From the NCBI RefSeq assembly GCF_009914755.1, contig NC_060926.1: a stretch of DNA of 64,000 bases; one strand, 5' to 3'. A program made the translations under genes and the position numbers. Below are positions 15,617 to 37,272 of the stretch, piece after piece (the stretch's first letter is position 1; each line of letters begins with the position of its first letter). The notes beneath the pieces were generated by a model. The model did not search any database. It saw nothing but the letters and a program-made list of their open reading frames with translations, and was not told the DNA's origin. This stretch comes from the human T2T-CHM13v2.0 reference genome, Homo sapiens.

Positions 15617-15914
<298 letters not shown>

Positions 15915-17331
15915 TGAACTTAATTGATAAATGTGTGTTCTGACTGTTCCTCTGACCAGACACTCCCCTCCCCACCTTCCTAGGGCCTCCCTATTTCCCT
16001 GAGACACAACAGTATTGAAATTAGGCCAATCAATAACCCTACAATGGCCTCTAAGTGTTCAAGAGAAAGGAAGAGTCACATGTTTCTCATTTTAAATCAA
16101 AAGCTAGAAATGATCAAGCTTAGTGAGGAAGGCATGTCCAAAGCCGAGACAGGCTGAAAGCTAGGCCTGTTGCACCAAACAGTTAGCGAAGTTGTGAATG
16201 CAAAGGAAAAGTTTTTGAAGAAAATTAAATGTGCTACTCTAGTGAACATTGAAATGATAACAAAGCAACACAGCCTTATTGCTGACATGGAGAAAGTTTG
16301 AGTGGTCTGGATAGAAGATCAAGCCAGCTGCAATATTCCTTTAAGCCGAAGCCTAATCCAGAGCAAACCTTGAATTCTATGAAGGCTTAGAGTGGTAAGG
16401 AAGCTGTAGAAGAAAAGTTTGAAGCTACCAGAGGTTGGTTCCTGAGGTTTAAGGAAAGAAGCCAGCTCCATCACATAAATTAAGTGCAAGATGAAAGCAG
16501 CCAGTGCTGACAGAGAAAATGCAGCAAGTTATCCAGGATATTTAAGATCATTGATGAAGGGGGCTACACGCAACAACAGATTTGCAATGTAGACAAAACA
16601 GCTTTTTATTGGAAGAAGATGCCATCTAGGACTTTCATAGCTAGAGAGAAGTCAATGTGTGGCTTCAAAACTTCATGGGACAGCCTGACTCTCTTGTTAG
16701 GGCTAATGCAGCTGGTGACTTTAAATTGAAGCCAGTGCTCATTTGTCATTCTGAAAATCCTAGGGCCCTTAAGCATTGTGTGAAATCTACTCTGTCTGTG
16801 CTCTATAAATGGAACAACAAAGCCTGAATGACAGCACATCTGTTTATAGCATGGTTTACTGAGTATTTTAAGCCCAGGGCTGAGACCTACTGCTTAGAAA
16901 AATGTTACTGCTCATTGACAGTGCACCTAAACACCTCAGAGCTCTGATAGAGATGCACAAGGAGATTAATATTTTCATGCCTGCAAATACAACATCCACT
17001 CTGAAGCCCATGGATCAAGGAGTGATTTCAACTTTCAAGCCTTACTATTATTTAAGAAACACATTTCGTAAGGCTATAGCTGCCACAGTAATTCCTCTGA
17101 TGGATCTGAACAAAGTAAATTGAAAGCCTCTGGAAAGGAGTCACCATTCTAGATGCCATCAAGAACATTCGTGATTCATGAGAGGAGATCAAATATCCAC
17201 ATTACTGGGAGTTTGGAAGAAGCTGATTTCAGCTCTCATGGATGACTTTGCAGGGTTCAAGCCTTCAGTGAAGGAAGTAATTGATGATATGGCAGAGAGA
17301 GAAAGAGAACTAGAATTAGAAGTGGAGCCTG

Positions 17332-17679
<348 letters not shown>

Positions 17680-18074
17680 TCATGGTAAAGCCTGAACAGA
17701 CAGTTGCTTCTTGTGGATGAGCAAAGGAAGTAGCTTCTTGAGATGGAATCTACTACTCCTGGTGAAGATGCTGTGAACACTGTTGAAATGACAACAAAGG
17801 ATTTAGAATGTTACATAAACTTAGTTGACAAAGCTGCAGCAGGGTTTAAGAGGAGGGACTCCAATTTTGAATGAAGTTCTACTGTGAGTAAAACACTATC
17901 AGACAGCATGCTACACAGATATTTTGTGAAAGAAAGAGCCAATTGATGTGGCAAACTTCACTGTTGTCTTATTTTAAGAAATTGTCACAGCCACCCCAAC
18001 CTTCAGAAACCACCGACCTGATTAGTCAGCAGCCATCATCATTGAGGCAAGACCCTCCACCAGCAAAAAGATAG

Positions 18075-18403
<329 letters not shown>

Positions 18404-21285
18404 CTACGGGATAGTTTAAACATAACTTATATGCACTAGGAAACAAAAAATTTGTGTCACTTGCTTTATTGCAATATTTAACATATCAAATAAGCTTAAG
18501 TAGTCTAGTAGATCTACTTTTATAAGATGAGAAACAAATCCTTTAAGATCTTCCAGGGGTTCTCTGGGAAATTCCGAAGTTAGTTCAAGGTTGAAAAAAA
18601 AAAAAGACTTTATTTAGAATTTGGTTTTGGGGAGGAGCAAAGATGTCCAGTTAGAAGCAGCTGCGGTTTGCAGCACTCATGGAGAGGAATGAAAGGAGCA
18701 AGTTAATACAGCACCTTCAACTGAAATATCCAGGTTCTCACATTGGGAGTGACTAGGCAAATGACTTGACCCATGAAGAATGAAGAAAAGCAGGGTGGGG
18801 CAATGGCCCACACAGGAGCAGCACAGAGCCAAAGGAACCCCCACCCCCAGCCAAGGGAAGCGGTGAGTAATTGTGTGACCCCACTCGGGAAACCATGCTT
18901 CTCCCATGGATCTTTGCAACTTGTGGATCAGGAGATCCCCTCGTGAGCCCACACTACCAGGGCCTAGGGTCCAATACACAAAGCTGTGTGGAGTCTCAGC
19001 AAAGCAGCAACTCAGGCATACACAGAGACCCAGGAGTTTTACATACTCCAGCCCTGGGATCCCCAGCAAGGCGGGAGGTCCACTCGTACATACCTCTAGA
19101 AAGGGTGCTGAATCCAGGGAGCCAAGCAGTATCATTCTGCAGGCCCCACTTCCATGGCATCTCTTAAGATAAGACCCACTGGTTTGGAATTCCAGCCAGC
19201 CAACAGCAACTGGCTGGAGTCTGCCTGAGACAGGACAGAGTTCCCAGGGGCGGGGCAGCTGAACCACCTCTGTGGTTCAGTCAACTCAGCCGTTCCAGCC
19301 TGTCCAAATGGTGCGGAAGAGGAAGTGTCCCCCACAATGCAGCATAGCTGCTTTGCCAGATCATGGCCAGACTGTTTTAAGCAGCACCTTGATCCATTCC
19401 TCCTCACTGGGTGGGACCTCCCTGCAGGGGCTTTAGCCACTCCAGCCAGGGTTATACGAACAGAGCTCTGATCTCTCCCAGGGATGGAGCTCCCAAGGGG
19501 AGGGACAGCTATCTCTGTGATTTGGTCGACTCAGCCATTCCAGCCTGTTGGCTTTGGAGAGTCCAAACTGTCCAGACCTGGAAGTGTCCCCACCCCACTG
19601 CCCCCAAAGCAGCACACCTGCTCTACCAAAAAGCAGCCAGACTGCTTCTTTAAGTGGATCCCTAATCCCATTTCTCCTGACTGGGTGAAACCCCCCCAAC
19701 AAGCATGTTTGGGCCGGCAACAGGTCAGCACCCCCCTGGGATGGAGCTTCCAGAGTAAAGAGCAGGCTGCCATCTTTGCTGTTTCATAGCCTTCACTGGT
19801 GATATCTCCAGGCACAAGAAAAACTGAGGCAACTAGGGTTTGGAGTGGACCCCAGCAAACCGCAGCAGCCCTAAAGAATACTGGCCTGATTATTAAAAGA
19901 AAAACAAACAAACAGAAAACAAAACAACATCAACAAAAAAGACCCCACAAAAATCCCATTCAAAGGTCAGCAACCTCAAAGATCGAAGGTAGCTAAGCCC
20001 ACAAAGATGAGAAAAAAATCAATGCAAAAGTGCTGAAAACTCAAAAAGCCAGAGTGCTTTGTCTCCTCCAAATGACCACAACACCTCTCCAGCAAGGGCA
20101 CAGAATTGGGCTGAGGCTGAGATGGCTGAAGAGACAGAAGTAGGCTTCAGAAAGTGGGTAATAACAAACTTTGCTGAGCTAAAGGAGCATATTGTAACCC
20201 AATGCAAAGAAGCTAAAAATCATTATAAAATGATACAGGAGCTGACAGCCAAAATAGCCAGTTTAGAGAGGAACATAACTGACTTGATGGAGCTAAAAAC
20301 ACAACATGAGGACTTCACAATACAGTTACAAGTATCAATAACAGAATAGACCAAGCAGAGGAAAGAATCTCAGAGCTCAAAGGCTATCTTTCTGAAATGA
20401 GACAGGCAGACAAGAATAGAGAAAAAAATAATGAAAAGGAATGAACAAAACCTCTGAGAAACATGAGGTTATGTAAAGAGACTGAAGTTACGACTGATTG
20501 GGGTACCTGAAAGAGATAGAGAGAATGGAACCAAGTTGGAAAACATACTTCAGGATATCATCCAGGAGAACTTCCCCAACCTAGCAAGATAGGCCAACAT
20601 TCAGGAAATGCAGAGAACCCCAGTAAGATACTCCATGAGAAAATCAACTCTAAGACATATAATCATCAGATTCTCCAAGGTCAAAGTGAAAGAAAAAATG
20701 TTAAGAGCAGCCAGAGAGAAAGGCCAGGCCACTTACAAAGGGAAGCCTATTAGACTAACAGCCGACCTCTCAGCAGAAACCTTACTGGCCAGAAGCAATT
20801 GGGGACCAATATTCAACATTCTTAAAGAAAAGAATTTCCAACCCAGAATTACATATCCAGCCAAACTAAGCTTCATAAGCAAAGGAGAAATAAGATCCTT
20901 TTCAGACAAACAAATGCTGAAGGAATTCATCACCACCAGGCCTGCCTTGCAAGAGCTTCTGAGGGAAGCACTAAATATGGAAAGGAAAAACTGTTACCGG
21001 CCACTACAAAAACACACTGAAGTACACAGACCAGTGACACTATGAAGCAATTGCATAAACAAGTCTGCAATATAACCAGCTAGCATCATGATGACAGGAT
21101 CAAAGTCACAAATAACAATACTAACCTTAAATGTAAATGGGCTAAATGCTTCCAATTAAAAGACACAGACTAGCAAGCTGAATAAAGAGCCAAGACCCAT
21201 CAGTATGCTGTCAAGAGATCCATCTCATGTGCAAAGACACACATGGGCTCAAAATAAAGGGATGGAAGAAAATTTACCAAACCTG

Positions 21286-22826
21286 GAGTCCCTCTCCCTC
21301 TCCCTCTCCCCACGGTCTCCCTCTCCCCACGGTCTCCCTCTCACTCTCTTTCCACGGTCTCCCTCTGATGCCCAGCCGAACCTGGACTGTACCCCTGCCA
21401 TCTCGGCTCACTGCAACCTCCCTGCCTGATTCTCCTGCCTCAGCCTGCCGAGTGTCTGCGATTGCAGGCGCGCGCCGCCACGCCTGACTGGTTTTCGTAT
21501 TTTTTTGGTGGAGACGGGGTTTCGATGTGTTGGCCAGGCTGGTCTCCAGCTCCTAACCGCGAGTGATCCGCCAGCCTCGGCCTCCTGAGGTGCCAGGATT
21601 GCAGACGGAGTCTCGTTCACTCAGTGCTCAGTGGTGCCCAGGCTGGAGTGCAGTGGCGTGATCTCGGCTCGCTACAACCTCCACCTCCCAGCAGCCTGCC
21701 TTGGCCTCCCAAAGTGCCGAGATTGTAGCCTCTGCCCGGCCGCCACCCCGTCTGGGAAGTGAGGAGCGTCTCTGCCTGGCTGCCCATCGTCTGGGATGTG
21801 AGGAGCCCCTCTGCCTGGCTGCCCAGTCTGGAAAGTGAGGAGCGTTTCTGCCCGGCCGCCATCCCATCTAGGAAGTGAGGAGCGCCTCTTCCCGGCCGCC
21901 ATCCCATCTAGGAAGTGAGGAGCATCTCTGCCCGGCCGCCCATCGTCTGAGATGTGGGGAGCGCCTCTGCCCTGCCGCCCCGTCCGGGATGTGAGGAGCG
22001 TCTCTGCCCGGCCGCCCCGTCTGAGAAGTGAGGAGACCCTCTGCCTGGCAACCGCCCCGTCTGAGAAGTGAGGAGCCCCTCAGCCCAGCAGCCGCCCCGT
22101 CTGAGAAGTGAGGAGCCCCTCCGCCTGGCAGCCACCCCGTCTGGGAAGTGAGGAGCGTCTCCGCCCGGCAGCCACCCTGTCCGGGAGGGAGGTGCGGGGG
22201 TCAGCACCCCGCCCGGCCAGCCGCCCCGTCCGGGAGGTGAGGGGCGCCTCAGCCCGGCCGCCCCTACTGGGAAGTGAGGAGCCCCTCTGCCCGGCCACCA
22301 CCCCGTCTGGGAGGTGTACCCAACAGCTCATTGAGAACGGGCCATGATGACAATGGCGGTTTTGTGGAATAGAAAGGGGGGAAGGTGGGGAAAAGATTGA
22401 GAAATCGGATGGTTGCCGTGTCTCTGTAGAAAGAGGTAGACATGGGAGACTTTTCATTTTGTTCTGTACTAAGAAAAATTCTTCTGCCTTGGGATCCTGT
22501 TGATCTGTGACCTTACCCCCAACCCTGTGCTCTCTGAAACATGTGCTGTATCCACTCAGGGTTGAATGGATTAAGGGCGGTGCAAGATGTGCTTTGTTAA
22601 ACAGATGCTTGAAGGCAGCATGCTCGTTAAGAGTCATCACCACTCCCTAATCTCAAGTACCCAGGGACACAAACACTGCGGAAGGCCGCAGGGTCCTCTG
22701 CCTAGGAAAACCAGAGACCTTTGTTCACTTGTTTATCTGCTGACCTTCCCTCCACTATTGTCCTGTGACCCTGCCAAATCCCCCTCTGCGAGAAACACCC
22801 AAGAATGATCAATTAAAAAAAAAAAA
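21286..22826 (+). mobile_element. SVA retrotransposon (C/D-like)
   Basis: Short (CCCTCT)n head, Alu-like domain, GC-rich VNTR ~21735-22315, SINE-R, poly-A; TSD aaaattta(c/t)caaacctg at 21269-21285 and 22827-22843. Confidence 0.95.
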
Positions 22827-23685
22827 AAAATTTATCAAACCTGTGGAAAACAGAAAAAAGCAGGGGTTGCAATCCTAGTTGCTGACAAAACAGACTTTAA
22901 ACCAACAAAGATTAAAAAAAAGACAAGGGCATTACGTAATGGTAACGCATTCAATTAAACCAAAAGAGCTATTATAAATATATATTCCTAATACAGGAAC
23001 ACCCATATTCATAAAGCAAGTTCTTAGAGACCTACAAAGAAACTTAGACTCCCACACAATAATAGTGCAAGACCTTAACACCACTGACAATATTAGACAG
23101 ATCATTGAGACAGAAAATTTAAAAAGATATTCAGGACCTGAACTCAGGTCTGGATCAAGTGGACTTGATAGATATCTACAGAACCCTCCACCCCAAAACA
23201 ACAGAATATACATTCTTCTCATTACCACGTGGCATATACTCTAAAATTGATCACATATTTGGAAGTAAAACACTCCTCAGCAAATGCAAAGGACTGAAAT
23301 AATAACAAACAGTCTCTCAGATCACAGCACAATCAAATTAGAACTCAAGATTAAGAAATTCACTCAAAACCACACAACTACATGGAAGCTGAACAACCTG
23401 CTCCTGAATGACTCTTGGGTAAATCATGAAATGAAGGCAGAAATCAAGAAGTTCTTTGAAACTAATGAGAACAAAGAGACAACATACCAGAATATCTGGG
23501 ACACAGCTAAAGCAATGTTAAGAGGGAAATTTATAACACTAAATGCCCACATGAAAAAGCTAGAAAGATCTGAAATTGACATCCTAACATCGTAGCTAAA
23601 AGAACTAGAGAACCAAGAGCAAACAAACTGCAGAAGACAAGAAATAACCAAGCTCAGAGGGAAACCGAAGGAGAAAGAGACATGA

Positions 23686-24044
<359 letters not shown>

Positions 24045-27000
24045 TGGAGCTGGTTTTTTGAAAAAAAAAAAAAAAATTAATAAAATAGGCTACTAGCTAG
24101 ACTATAAAGAAGAAAAGAGAGAAGAATCAAATAAACACAATCAGAAATGATAAGGGGGATATCTTCACTGACCTTAAAGAAATACAAACAACGATCAAGA
24201 ATACTTTAAACAGTTCTATGCACATAAACTAGAAAATCTGGAAGAAATGAATAAAATACTGGACACATACACCCTCTCAAGACTGAATCAGGAAGAAATT
24301 AAATCCCTGAATAGACCAATAACAAGTCCTGAAATTGAGGCAGTAATAAGTAGCCTACCAATGAAAAAAAGCCCAGGACCAGACATATTCACAGCTGAAT
24401 TCCACCAAAAGTACAAAGAAGAGCTGGTACTATTTCTACTGAAAGTATTCAAAAAAATCGAAAAGGAGGGACTCCTCCCTAACTCATTCTATGAGGCCAG
24501 CATTGTCCTGATACCAAAACCTGGCAGAGATACAACAAAAAAAGAAATTTCAAGCCAATTTCCTTGATGATCATTGATGCAAAAATCCTCAATAAAATAC
24601 TGGCAAACTGAATCCAGCAGCACATCAAAAAGGTTATCCACGACAATCAAGTTGGCTTAATCTCCAGGATGCAAGGTTGGTTCAACATATGCAAATCAGT
24701 AAATGTGATTAATCACATAAACAGAACTAAAGACAAAAACCACGTGATTATCTCAATATGCAGAAAAGGCCTTCGATAAAATTCAACATCACTTCATGTT
24801 AAAAATTCTCAATAAACTAGGTATTGAAGGAACATACCCCAAAATAATAAGAGCCATATATGACAAACTCACAGCCATATCATACTGAATGGGCAAAAGC
24901 TGGAAGCACTCCCCTTGAAAACCAGCACAAAACAAGGATGCTCTCTCTCACCACTTCTATTCAACATAGTATTGGAAGTTCTGGCCAGGGAAATCAGGCA
25001 AGAGAAAGAAATAAAGGGTATTCAAATAGGAAGAGAGGAAGTCAAATTGTCTTTGGAGATGACATGATCCTATATCTAGAAAACCCCATCATCTTGGCCC
25101 AAAAGTTTCTTAAGCTGATAAGCAACTTCAGCAAAGTCTCAGGATACAAAATCAATGTGCAAATATCTCTAGCATTCATATACACCAACAACAGACTAGC
25201 AGAGAGCCAAATCATGAATGAACTTCTATTCATAATGGCTATAAAAAGAATGAAATACCTAGGAATACAGCTAACAAGGGAAGTGAAGGTCCTCTTCAAG
25301 AACTACAAACCACTGTTCAAAGAAATTAGAGAGGACACAGACAAATGGAAAAACATTCCATGCTCATGGATAGGAAGAATCAATATCATAAAAATGGCCA
25401 TACTGCCCAAAGTAATTTATAGATTGAATGGCATTCCCATTAAACTACCATCAACATTCTTTACAGAATTAGAAAAAAACTATTTTAAAATTCATATGGA
25501 ACCAAAACAGAGCCCAAATAGCCAAGACAATCCTAAGCAAAAAGCACAAAGCTGGAAGCATCACACTACCCAACTTCAAACTATACTACTAGGCTGCAGT
25601 AACCAAAACAGTATGATACTGGTACAAAAACAGACACATAGACCAATGGAACAGAATAGAGAACCCAGACATAAAGTTGCATACCTACAGCCATCTGAGC
25701 TTCAACAAAGTTGACAAAAATAAGCAATGGGGAAAGGACTCCCTATTCAATAAACAGTGCTGGAATAGCCAGCAAGCCATATGCAGAAAATTGAAACTGG
25801 ACCCCTACCTTTCACTATATACAAATATTAACTCAAGATGGATTAAAGATGTACATGTAAGACCTCAAAGTATAAGAATCCTAGAAGAAAACCTAGAAGA
25901 CACCATTCTGGACATTGGCCTCAGGAAAGAATATATGATTAAGTTCTTAAAAGCAATTGTGCCAAAAGCAAAACTTGACAAGTGGGACCTAATTAAACTA
26001 AAGAGCTTATGCATAGCAAAAGAGACCATCAACAGAGTAAACAGACAACCCACAGAATGGGAGAAAATATTAACAAACTATGCATCTGACAAAGGTCTAA
26101 TATTTATAATCTATAAGGAACTTAAACAATTAAAAACAACCCCATTAAAAAGTGGGCAAAAGAACAGACACTTCTCAAAAAAAGACATACAAGTGGCCAA
26201 CAAACATATGAAAAAATGCCCAACATCAGTAATCATCAGGGAAATGCAAATCAATACTATAATGAGATACCATCTTACACCAGTAAGAATGGCTATTATT
26301 AAAAACAAAAAATAACATGCTGGGAAGGCTATGTAGAAAAGGGAATGCTTATACACTGCTGGTGGGAATGTAAATTAGTTCAGCCATTATGGAAAGCAGT
26401 TTGGCGATTTCTTGGAGAACTTAAAACAGAGCTACTATTCAATTCAGCAATCCCATTACTGAGTGTATATCCAGAAGAAAATAAATCATTCCACCAAAAA
26501 GACACACACACTCATATGTTCATTGCAACACTATTCACAATAACAAAGACACAGAATCAGACTAGGTGCCTATCAACAGTGGATTGGATAAAGAAAATGT
26601 GGAACATATACCATGGAATTCTATGCAGCTGTAAAAAAGAATAAAATTATGTCCTTCGCAGCAACATAGATGCAGCTGAGGCCATTATCTTAAGCAAATT
26701 AACACAGGAACAGAAAACCAAATACCACATGTTCTCACTTATAAGTGGGAGTTAAACACTGGGTACTCATGGACACACAGATGAAAACAATAGATGTTGG
26801 GGACTACTAGAGGGAGGAGTAAGTGGGGAGAGAGAGGCAAGGGTTGAAAAACTAACTATTGAGCACTATGCTCAGCACCTTGGTGACAGGATCAATCATA
26901 CTCCAAACCTCAGCATCATGGAACATACCCAGGTAACAAACCAGCACATGTACCTCCTGAATCTAAAACAACAGATGAAATTATATTTTAAAAAGAACAC

Positions 27001-27419
27001 GAAGCACAACAAATTATTTTGATAGGATATAGACTTTTTGTTTCCCAGGCAGATCCCTAAAAAAGTAAAGAAAAACCCTTCATAATCTCTTATTAGGAAT
27101 AGACCAATAACCTAAGAAACCTGGTTATTTTAACAGAGAGAAAAAAAAAACTAATCTCTAATTTTATATCAGCACATTTTAAAAATATTTATAAGTAAAT
27201 CTATTTAATCCTAGCCAGCTTTGACCTTGCAACACAAAATTTCTTTTCCTCAGAACTTCTGCAACTTTCTATATTCATTTAGGTTTCATCTTTTTCTTTT
27301 ATTTTGGAATAACCGGTCATTTTATTTTAGGACAAAATTACTCTACTTTCACCTAATGGAAACATGCCCTTCATTCTTTTTAAAATCAAAAACACATTCT
27401 ACTTTTTTGCATACCTTAT

Positions 27420-27560
27420 TGATTGATTGATTGATTGATTGAATTGGGGGTCTCACTACATAGCCCAGGCTGAATGTGAACTCCTGGGCTCAAGTAATCC
27501 TCCTGCCTCAGCCTCCCAAGTAGCTGGGACTGCAGGGACCTGTCACAGCATCCGACTGCA
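27420..27560 (-). mobile_element. Alu monomer (FLAM-like) with (GATT)n tail
   Basis: (gatt)n then ggggtctcactacatagcccaggctg... Confidence 0.75.
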
Positions 27561-27605
27561 GACTTTTAATATAAAAACACATCCTGTTTTTCTCCCATAC
27601 TTTGA

Positions 27606-28021
<416 letters not shown>

Positions 28022-28948
28022 TTGATTATAATTTTTAATCATTAATAACCTTTCTTTTACAGAGCAACCTAGAAAGTAAACAATATTTGAATCATCTCAA
28101 TATTAACATCCTGTAGTATACCAGCACATTTTACCAATATACCATCTCATCATTTTTTAGGTGTGTTCTTTTTCGTAATGTAATTTTTGGATGTGACAAA
28201 AATAACATATTTATTAATAGAATGAAATAGCCTTTGTCTCTCTACAAAAAGCAGGAAGCCAAAAACTAGAGAAACTTAAACACGCGTAATAGTGTTTCAG
28301 TATTTTATCTTATTTGGAAATGATCTAGATAGTCAATGAATATTCATCTTTTAACTTAGTAGAACTTTAAAGTTTCAAATTTCCAAAAAGATTTTGGAAC
28401 TTATTTTTAAACAGACATATAAAACATAACCATTGTTAAAAAGTCCATTTATAAACTTTTATGTCACTTAATTTACTTGCTTTTAACAATTATGTTTGAA
28501 TTGTTTGTGAAAATTTCATGAGACATTAAAGCTAGTAATCTTATTTTGTAGATAAATCAGGCAATATTTTAAAAATCATGGAAGTAAGAATATAAAGGTT
28601 AAAATAAGTTCTTTCCAATGTTTTCTTCGTTTTTCTTTTTATTGCAGCAGTTGGCATATGTCAAGCAATCTATTTTTATTGTGTATTTTATTGTTAGGTT
28701 GAATTTATAATTTTATAATCTTGAACATCTAGTAAAGATAATATAAGTTTACTTGATTAGTAAACCCAGGTAGAATAAGTTGTATGTCTGCAGTACAGTT
28801 AATGTTGACAACTCTCAAGACACGCCTGATTTAATTAAACCAACAAACTTAAACTAGCTTTTATTTATGGAACATTATCTCAGATCATATGAACATGAAA
28901 AACATTTGGGTTAGTTTCTATATGTCTGAGAGTTTTAAGAATACTTAT

Positions 28949-29548
28949 AATAATAAGCATTTATGTAATAAATGTTTATTATTTGTTTATATTTATAAAT
29001 TACTTATAAATTTATAAATTTAAAATAGTCATAAATTATTTATAAATTTATAAATATAAGCTATTCATAAATTATAAATTTATAAATATAAACTATTCAT
29101 AAATTATAAATTTATAAATATAAACTATTCATAAATTATAAATTTATAAATATAAACTATTCATAAATTATAAATTTATAAATATAAAATATTCATAAAT
29201 TATAAATTTATCAATATAAAATATCCATAAATTATAAATTTATCATAAATTATAAATTTATAAATATAAAATATTCATAAATTATAAATAATTATAAATA
29301 TTCACAGTTATTTATTATTTATGTAATAAATGCTTAAATAATAAATAAATATTACATATTAATAAATGCTTAAATAAACATTGACGTCAATACTTATTTA
29401 TATAAGCATTTATGTATTTATAAATGCTTATGTAAATAAATGCTTATATAAAAAAATAAATGCTTATATAAATATTACATAAATATTTATTATTTATGTA
29501 ATAAATGCTTAAATAATAAATATTACATATTAATAAATGCTTATTATT
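28949..29548. repeat. AT-rich block with 32-bp minisatellite
   Basis: Unit ctattcataaattataaatttataaatataaa starts at 29061, 29093, 29125, 29157, 29189 and 29221 (later copies diverge). Confidence 0.92.
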
Positions 29549-30486
29549 CTTTAAGCCAGTTCAGTAGAGCTCTTTTACAAATTAATTTTGGCAATCACCA
29601 TTTGGTGGTAAAAAAATCACCTATACATAACATACATATGTAGATATGAACATACAAATGCAAACAGAGATCTTACAGTTTTCATCTTAAATCTTAGCCA
29701 TGAGTTAGGTATAAATACAGGAATACAAACTTACTAATTTATATAAACATTGATTCTCACCTTGGCCTTATTCACTTTTTCCTTTCAGTCTGATCTTCCT
29801 GTAGGTAACAATAAGACATTTGTTGAGGATGAGAACTTTCTAAAACAATCCTTTCAGATATAAAAATCCAAATCTTCCAAGGTACACCTACTTTAATTAT
29901 GACTCAAAGCCAATAAGCCTTTTTAGGCTTAACATTAGTTAGCCTTTCTTGGACTACCTATAGAGGCAGAGACATCCCCAAAGAGTGTGCAAAGGATGTG
30001 GAACTCCCCAATCAAAGACTGTCCCCATGAGAGCCTAGGAAAGCAGAGACCCTCATTGTTAACAAGGCAAGGAAGGCTGAGACGGCAATGACCCCTGTGG
30101 ACTGTGACCCCGATTTTAGGATGAGCTTCCCCAAGAGCTTCTGGACTGCTAGCCACAGGCTGGCGCCTGATGGAAGCCTGACCACTTGCGTCCCTATCTG
30201 ACAGAGACCAGAGAATATTTTTGCTGGTTACAAAGCAAAACTCTTAGGACATGAAACAAGATGAAAGGAGAATCTCTTCTTAGGATTTTCCCCCTGTGAC
30301 AAATCACACTTTCAAAGGTCAGAGACAAGAAAACGAAGACTCTTTAGGGAGGCTGTGGATCAATGACCAGTGGGTACCCAGAACCAAATTCACAAGTGTT
30401 GCAATTAAAATATCTAATTCTTACAAATGTTTTCCTCCTTCCAATCCAAATTTGGAAAGGAAGGGACAAGGAAAAACCTTGGCCTG

Positions 30487-37138
<6,652 letters not shown>

Positions 37139-37255
37139 CCTGGATCCCTTGACTAGGCACAACAGACACAATGCCTGACTCCGTAAGAATTCCTACCTCT
37201 CCCAGGGCCCCGTCCATAGGTTCTAGAGCAAATGGGGCATCTTAACCTTTTAGGG

Positions 37256-37272
37256 TCCCATCCTCATCACCA
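37256..37272 (-). promoter_or_regulatory. Retroviral primer-binding site, tRNA-Ser(GCT)-like
   Basis: tcccatcctcatcacca vs recalled tRNA-Ser 3' end TCCCATCCTCGTCGCCA; both differences are CpG-decay type; 5 nt from the LTR edge. Confidence 0.65.

Noticed and set aside
19260-19760. ~245-bp internal duplication in the L1 5' UTR
   Set aside because: Repeated 5' UTR segments are, from recall, a normal trait of older L1PA families and not locus-specific
21617-22643. Overlapping ORFs and a CRISPR-like repeat/spacer appearance
   Set aside because: This is the SVA VNTR and SINE-R; units are contiguous variants with no unique spacers or cas genes
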